DNA of 64,000 nucleotides from an uncultured Pelagibacteraceae bacterium (lineage in GTDB: Bacteria; Pseudomonadota; Alphaproteobacteria; Pelagibacterales; Pelagibacteraceae): the NCBI GenBank assembly GCA_902615425.1, contig CACMPD010000004.1, forward strand, positions 9,437-73,436. Direction: 5' to 3'. A program made the translations under genes and the position numbers. Below the pieces are notes generated by a model, which was not told where the DNA came from, did not search any database, and worked only from the letters and a program-made list of their open reading frames with translations. Every line of letters starts with the position of its first letter. Position 1 is the stretch's first letter. Of this stretch, positions 59,330 to 64,000 are shown one piece after another.

Positions 59330-60037
59330 ATGTTTCAATTACTAGAACCTAATAGAATTTTTTCTATAACTTCTAAAGCACCAAAATACGTTTTATTATT
59401 ATTTATTTTGGTAGTCTCTATAGGTTTAACTGAGGCTCTAATTCTCTCACCAGAAGATTACAAACAAAGTCACTCTGTAAGAATAATGTATGTTCATGTT
59501 CCCGCAGCATGGATCTCACTAGGTATCTTTTCTACTATTACTATTCTTTCTATCGTTGGCTATATATTTAAAATTAAAAATTTCTTTTTAATTTCAAAGA
59601 GTTTGGCTCCGTCAGGATTTGTTTTTAATGTAATTGCTCTTGTAACAGGTTCTATTTGGGGAAAGCCCACGTGGGGAACATGGTGGGCGTGGGATGCCAG
59701 AATTACATCTATGTTAATATTGGCATTATTTTATTTGATGTATTTAATTGCTTGGAGAATTTATGAAGATAAAGAACAAGTTTTTAAGGTAACCTCAATT
59801 ATTACAATTTTAGGAATAATAAATGTTCCTATAATTAAATATTCTGTAGACTGGTGGAACACACTTCATCAGCCAGCATCAATTAATATATTATCAAAAT
59901 CTACTATTCATTCTTCGATGCTCGTTCCTTTACTAATTATGACTGCGGCATTTGCCCTATTCTCATTGCTAATTTTTTTAATGAAATATAATACAGAACT
60001 GATAAAAATTAAAAATAAGGGTTTAGACAGATTATGA
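59330..60037 (+). CDS. ccmC: Heme exporter/cytochrome c maturation protein CcmC
   Basis: YVHVP, WGKPTWGTWWAWDARITS, WWNTLHQ. Confidence 0.97.
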   Translation: MFQLLEPNRIFSITSKAPKYVLLLFILVVSIGLTEALILSPEDYKQSHSVRIMYVHVPAAWISLGIFSTITILSIVGYIFKIKNFFLISKSLAPSGFVFNVIALVTGSIWGKPTWGTWWAWDARITSMLILALFYLMYLIAWRIYEDKEQVFKVTSIITILGIINVPIIKYSVDWWNTLHQPASINILSKSTIHSSMLVPLLIMTAAFALFSLLIFLMKYNTELIKIKNKGLDRL

Positions 60038-60261
60038 TAAGTGAAATTTTTTACATGGACGGATACGGAATTTATGTTTGGGGTTCATTTGCTTTTACTT
60101 TTTTAAGTTTTATGTCATTGTATCTGGTAATTAAAAATCAATATGAAAGAGAAAAAAATAAGTTTATTGTTAAATTTGGAAACCTAAACTCTGAAAGAGC
60201 TGCCTCTGCTAGACTACAAAGAATTAATAGAGAGATTCTATCCAACACTTCAACTATTTAA
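60034..60261 (+). CDS. ccmD: Heme exporter protein CcmD
   Basis: MDGYGIYVWGSF plus TM and basic tail; between ccmC and ccmE. Confidence 0.85.
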   Translation: MISEIFYMDGYGIYVWGSFAFTFLSFMSLYLVIKNQYEREKNKFIVKFGNLNSERAASARLQRINREILSNTSTI

Positions 60262-60271
60262 CTTTTAAACC

Positions 60272-60691
60272 ATGTATGGTCGTAAAGTTAAACTAAGATT
60301 TTTTTTTATATTCTTAATCGCTGTTACATTAAGTTTAACGATATTCCTTATTCTAAAATCATTAGAGGAAAATGTTGTATATTTTAAATCTCCATCTGAA
60401 ATAAAAACTTTATCTGAAATGCAGCAGAAAAAGATTAGAATTGGGGGAATGGTAAAAACTGACTCAATTTCTATTGTAAATAAAGAATTAAGTTTTGTTA
60501 TTACAGACTTTAAAAGTGAAATTAATGTTGTTTACTCAGGATTAATACCCAATCTTTTTGAAGAAGGTAAAGGTGTTGTTGCAGAGGGATTTTTAAAAGA
60601 TGAGAATTTTTTTTCAGCAACGAAAATCTTAGCTAAACATGATGAAAATTATATGCCACCTGAAGTAAAGGCTGCTTTAGAGGAGAAATAA
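60272..60691 (+). CDS. ccmE: Heme chaperone CcmE
   Basis: [25 protein letters not shown]. Confidence 0.97.
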   Translation: MYGRKVKLRFFFIFLIAVTLSLTIFLILKSLEENVVYFKSPSEIKTLSEMQQKKIRIGGMVKTDSISIVNKELSFVITDFKSEINVVYSGLIPNLFEEGKGVVAEGFLKDENFFSATKILAKHDENYMPPEVKAALEEK

Positions 60692-60692
60692 A

Positions 60693-62570
60693 TTGTCGAG
60701 TTTAATTGGATATTATTCTTTAATCTTTGGTGTCGGTGTTTCAATTTTAGTTATATTTTTTTCTATTAAAAATTTTAATGATACTCAGAAGTTAGATACT
60801 AAAGTAATATCCTTAGTATTCTTACAACTTTTATTTGTAATAATAAGCTTCTCAGGCTTAATTTTATCTTTTGCTAACTCAGATTTTAGTAATGAGACAG
60901 TTTTTAATCATTCCCACACAACTAAGCCGCTGTTTTATAAAATCTCTGGGACCTGGGGCAATCATGAGGGTAGTCTATTATTATGGTTGTTAGTTTTAAC
61001 ATTATTTATATTTGTCTTTTTACTGAGGTCAAAAAATCAACCAAAACAATATAAAATTTTAACTTTATTATTCCAGCAGATAATAATAGTTGGTTTTTTT
61101 ATTTTTCTAATACAAACCTCCAATCCTTTTAATCATGTTTTTCCAGTTCCAAAAGAGGGATTAGGTTTAAATCCTATATTGCAAGATCCTGCATTAGCAA
61201 TTCACCCGCCGATTTTATATTTAGGCTATGTTGGAACTTCCATAATTTTTTCCTCAGCACTAGCAGCAGTTTGTTCAAATAATATTACAAAAATGTGGGC
61301 ATCACACATTAAAAAATGGGTATTAGTTTCATGGATTTTTTTAACTTTAGGAATTTTACTCGGATCTATTTGGGCTTACTATGAGTTAGGATGGGGAGGT
61401 TTTTGGTTTTGGGATCCTGTTGAAAATGTATCTTTAATGCCGTGGTTTGCACTAACAACCTTATTACATTGTGTACTAGTTTTAGAAAAAAAGCTAATTC
61501 TTACCTCGTGGGTTGTTGTGTTATCTATTGCAACTTTTACCCTAAGTATGTGTGGTACTTTTTTGGTTCGATCAGGTATTTTAAATTCTGTTCATACATT
61601 TGCTAATGATCCAGAGAGAGGTTTGTATATTCTAATATTTTTATTTATTTTGATATTCTTATCTTTTTTTATATTTTTAATTTTTCATAAAAGTGAAAAC
61701 AACAATTCCAAAACTTTCTACTTATTAAGTAAGGAAACATCAATTTTAGTTAATAATTGGTTTATGATGTATTTTTTATCAGTTGTTTTAATTGGAACAA
61801 TTTATCCAATATTTTTAGAGGTAATTTCATCTCAAAAAATATCTGTAGGTCCACCATTTTTTAACAAATTGATTCTACCATTTTTAATTCCATTTATGTT
61901 AGCTATGGCAATAGGTCCTAAATTAAAATGGATTCAATCGGATATTGAAGACAAAATTTATTTAATTTTATTTTTTATTATTTCTTTAATTTTATCAGTA
62001 TTGATAATTAGAAATTTAGATATTAATTTTCTTTACAATACTATTCTAATTACAGCAGCCTTTTATTTATTTTTTATAACTCTTAGAGATTTTTTTCAGA
62101 GAAAATATAGAAACCTGTCACAAATTACCGCTCATTTTAGTTTTAGCATTTTAATACTGAGTATTTTATTTAATAATATTTTTTCATCTGAAGTTATTAC
62201 AAATTTAAAAATTAATGAAACTTACCAAGCTCAAAATTTGAAGATTAATTTTGAGAGCATTGAGCAAGAAAATAAACAAAATTTTAAAGCAATTAGAGGA
62301 AAGTTTATTGTGGAGGATCAAAGTGGATTAATTGAAGTCATGCAACCTGAATTAAGAATATATAATCAACCAAATATTGTTACTAGTGAAGCTGATATTA
62401 AAACTAATATATTCACTGATAAATTTATGACAATGAATTATGTCCAAAATCAAGATTATTTTAATATTCGTTATCAAGTAAAGCCATTCATGATTTGGAT
62501 TTGGATTTCTACAATTCTATTGTGCTTTAGTGGATGTTTATCTTTAATTAGAAAAAAATATGAAAACTAA
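60693..62570 (+). CDS. ccmF: Cytochrome c heme lyase CcmF
   Basis: WGNHEGS, LNPILQ, IHPP, WAYYELGWGGFWFWDPVEN, SVHTFA. Confidence 0.97.
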   Translation: MSSLIGYYSLIFGVGVSILVIFFSIKNFNDTQKLDTKVISLVFLQLLFVIISFSGLILSFANSDFSNETVFNHSHTTKPLFYKISGTWGNHEGSLLLWLLVLTLFIFVFLLRSKNQPKQYKILTLLFQQIIIVGFFIFLIQTSNPFNHVFPVPKEGLGLNPILQDPALAIHPPILYLGYVGTSIIFSSALAAVCSNNITKMWASHIKKWVLVSWIFLTLGILLGSIWAYYELGWGGFWFWDPVENVSLMPWFALTTLLHCVLVLEKKLILTSWVVVLSIATFTLSMCGTFLVRSGILNSVHTFANDPERGLYILIFLFILIFLSFFIFLIFHKSENNNSKTFYLLSKETSILVNNWFMMYFLSVVLIGTIYPIFLEVISSQKISVGPPFFNKLILPFLIPFMLAMAIGPKLKWIQSDIEDKIYLILFFIISLILSVLIIRNLDINFLYNTILITAAFYLFFITLRDFFQRKYRNLSQITAHFSFSILILSILFNNIFSSEVITNLKINETYQAQNLKINFESIEQENKQNFKAIRGKFIVEDQSGLIEVMQPELRIYNQPNIVTSEADIKTNIFTDKFMTMNYVQNQDYFNIRYQVKPFMIWIWISTILLCFSGCLSLIRKKYEN

Positions 62571-63078
62571 AATTTTTCCTTTATTTTTAATTTTTACGTT
62601 CTCGATAATTTTCTTTGTTTTTTACAAAGGTTTACAAAATACAAATATTTATACACCTGAAACAAAATCAGAAATTAAAATTCCAAATTTTCAAACAAAA
62701 GAGTTTTTTTCAAAAGACAAAATAAATTCAGATCAGATTTTTATAGGAAGTGATTATTATTTATTAAACATTTGGGCTTCGTGGTGTGTTCCTTGTAAAG
62801 AAGAACATAAGTATCTAATGGATTTAAGTAAAAAAGAGAATATCAAAATTATTGGACAAAACTATAAAGATAATTTTGATAATGCAAAAAATTTTTTGAT
62901 AAATTTAGATAATCCATACGATTTAATTTTTTTTGATAATGATGGTACAATAGCAATTGAATGGGGTGCTTATGGAGTACCTGAAACATTTCTAATTAAA
63001 AATAATCTAATTATTAAAAAAATTATTGGTCCATTGAATGAAAAAATACTTTCTGAGATAAAAGAATTGACAAAATGA
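62560..63078 (+). CDS. ccmG: Thiol:disulfide interchange protein CcmG/DsbE
   Basis: WASWCVPC, NYKD, GAYGVPETF. Confidence 0.95.
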   Translation: MKTKIFPLFLIFTFSIIFFVFYKGLQNTNIYTPETKSEIKIPNFQTKEFFSKDKINSDQIFIGSDYYLLNIWASWCVPCKEEHKYLMDLSKKENIKIIGQNYKDNFDNAKNFLINLDNPYDLIFFDNDGTIAIEWGAYGVPETFLIKNNLIIKKIIGPLNEKILSEIKELTK

Positions 63079-63446
63079 ATATTTTAAAATTTTTAGTTTC
63101 TGTAACTTTTTTGATTTGTTTTTCTTCTTCTGATTTAAAAGCTAAAAACTTAGAAATTGAAATAACAAAAAATTTAAGATGTTTAATTTGTCAAGGACAA
63201 TCAGTTTACGATTCAGATTCTGAATTTGCTAATAGTTTAAAAATTTTAGTAGAAAAAAAATTAAATGAAGGCTTAGATGAAAAACAAATATATGCTTATC
63301 TTAAAAATAAATATGGAGATTGGATTCTTTATGATCCAGGATTCAGTAAAAATACCTATTTTCTTTGGTTATTACCTATATTGATGTTTGTATTTGGTGG
63401 TGCAATAATACTCAAGAAAGTTATATTAAATAAAAAAAAATTATGA
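63075..63446 (+). CDS. ccmH: Cytochrome c biogenesis protein CcmH
   Basis: LRCLICQGQSV, YGDWILYDP, LWLLP. Confidence 0.95.
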   Translation: MNILKFLVSVTFLICFSSSDLKAKNLEIEITKNLRCLICQGQSVYDSDSEFANSLKILVEKKLNEGLDEKQIYAYLKNKYGDWILYDPGFSKNTYFLWLLPILMFVFGGAIILKKVILNKKKL

Positions 63447-63958
63447 ATTATCTAAGAATTTGTTACTTGGTAATATTGTCTTTTTTAATTTCTTCTTCAA
63501 TTATTGCAGAAGATACTAAAGTAAGTAATGATAATACAAAGTTTAATATTTATTCAGGGATGTTTGACTTTAGTGATAATGGAAAGAGATCTGCTTTAAT
63601 TGGGTTTCAACATCAGAATACTGATTTAAACAGAGATACTTTTCTTGGTAATCTTTCTCCAATAACAGGATTTATGTTTACTGCTGATAGTGCAGCTTAC
63701 CTGTACACTGGTGTGCAAGCACAATATTCCTTGGGAGCCTTAAATATTATACCAAGTTTTACCCCAGGACTTTATAGTCAGGGAGATGGCAAAGATCTTG
63801 GACATTTATTAGAATTTAAAAGCGAAGTTCAGATTTCTTTAGATTTATTCCAAAATAGCCAATTAGGCTTATCATATAATCATTTATCCAATGCAAGTTT
63901 GGGAGATAAAAATCCTGGGGCAAATAGTTATATGTTTAATTTTCTTAAAACCTTTTAA
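63443..63958 (+). CDS. PagL-like lipid A 3-O-deacylase / acyloxyacyl hydrolase beta-barrel
   Basis: Signal peptide, DLGHLLEFKS, HLSNASL..NPG, C-terminal Phe. Confidence 0.8.
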   Translation: MNYLRICYLVILSFLISSSIIAEDTKVSNDNTKFNIYSGMFDFSDNGKRSALIGFQHQNTDLNRDTFLGNLSPITGFMFTADSAAYLYTGVQAQYSLGALNIIPSFTPGLYSQGDGKDLGHLLEFKSEVQISLDLFQNSQLGLSYNHLSNASLGDKNPGANSYMFNFLKTF

Positions 63959-64000
63959 ACAAACATTCTATGATAATGAGATTGAAAGATTGTCACAATT

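Noticed and set aside
63955-64000. Possible C-terminus of a minus-strand gene (...IVTIFQSHYHRMFV*)
   Set aside because: Too short to identify or support
1-64000. CRISPR arrays, IS elements, prophage genes, rRNA
   Set aside because: No regularly spaced repeats, transposase/integrase/phage motifs or rRNA-like sequence seen

Overview
Very AT-rich, gene-dense alphaproteobacterial chromosome segment. The short or overlapping intergenic spacers, gene order and protein features fit a SAR11/Candidatus Pelagibacter-type genome (inference, not a database match). The window likely spans the replication origin (hemE / DUF299 divergent spacer, ~9.1-9.4 kb). It is mostly core housekeeping genes: mnmG-mnmE, rho, hemJHE, DUF299-maf-aroE-coaE-dnaQ, secB-fxsA-tim44-smr, hslUV, his genes, lolA-ftsK, tRNA-Gly, purH, rpe, an acetate uptake/activation locus, tsaD, hemCD, folD, tesA-ybbAP, argG and ccmCDEFGH. 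No transposase, integrase, prophage, CRISPR or rRNA was seen. The main accessory or unusual items are: (1) a translationally coupled tandem pair of GT41 (OGT/SPINDLY-like) protein glycosyltransferases between rho and mnmE, sharing a 64-bp perfectly identical tract; (2) an Mrr type IV restriction nuclease plus an uncalled 47-aa lipoprotein coupled into the his operon; (3) a compact photorepair module with an Fe-S-free (6-4) photolyase, DUF2256, an inverted-domain short photolyase and a Tyr-less SDR; (4) an Acs with a 41-aa Lys/Arg hexad-repeat tail; (5) a candidate structured ncRNA with anti-SD-like loop motifs between hspQ and ccmC; (6) recurrent leaderless-type and symmetric bidirectional promoter layouts.
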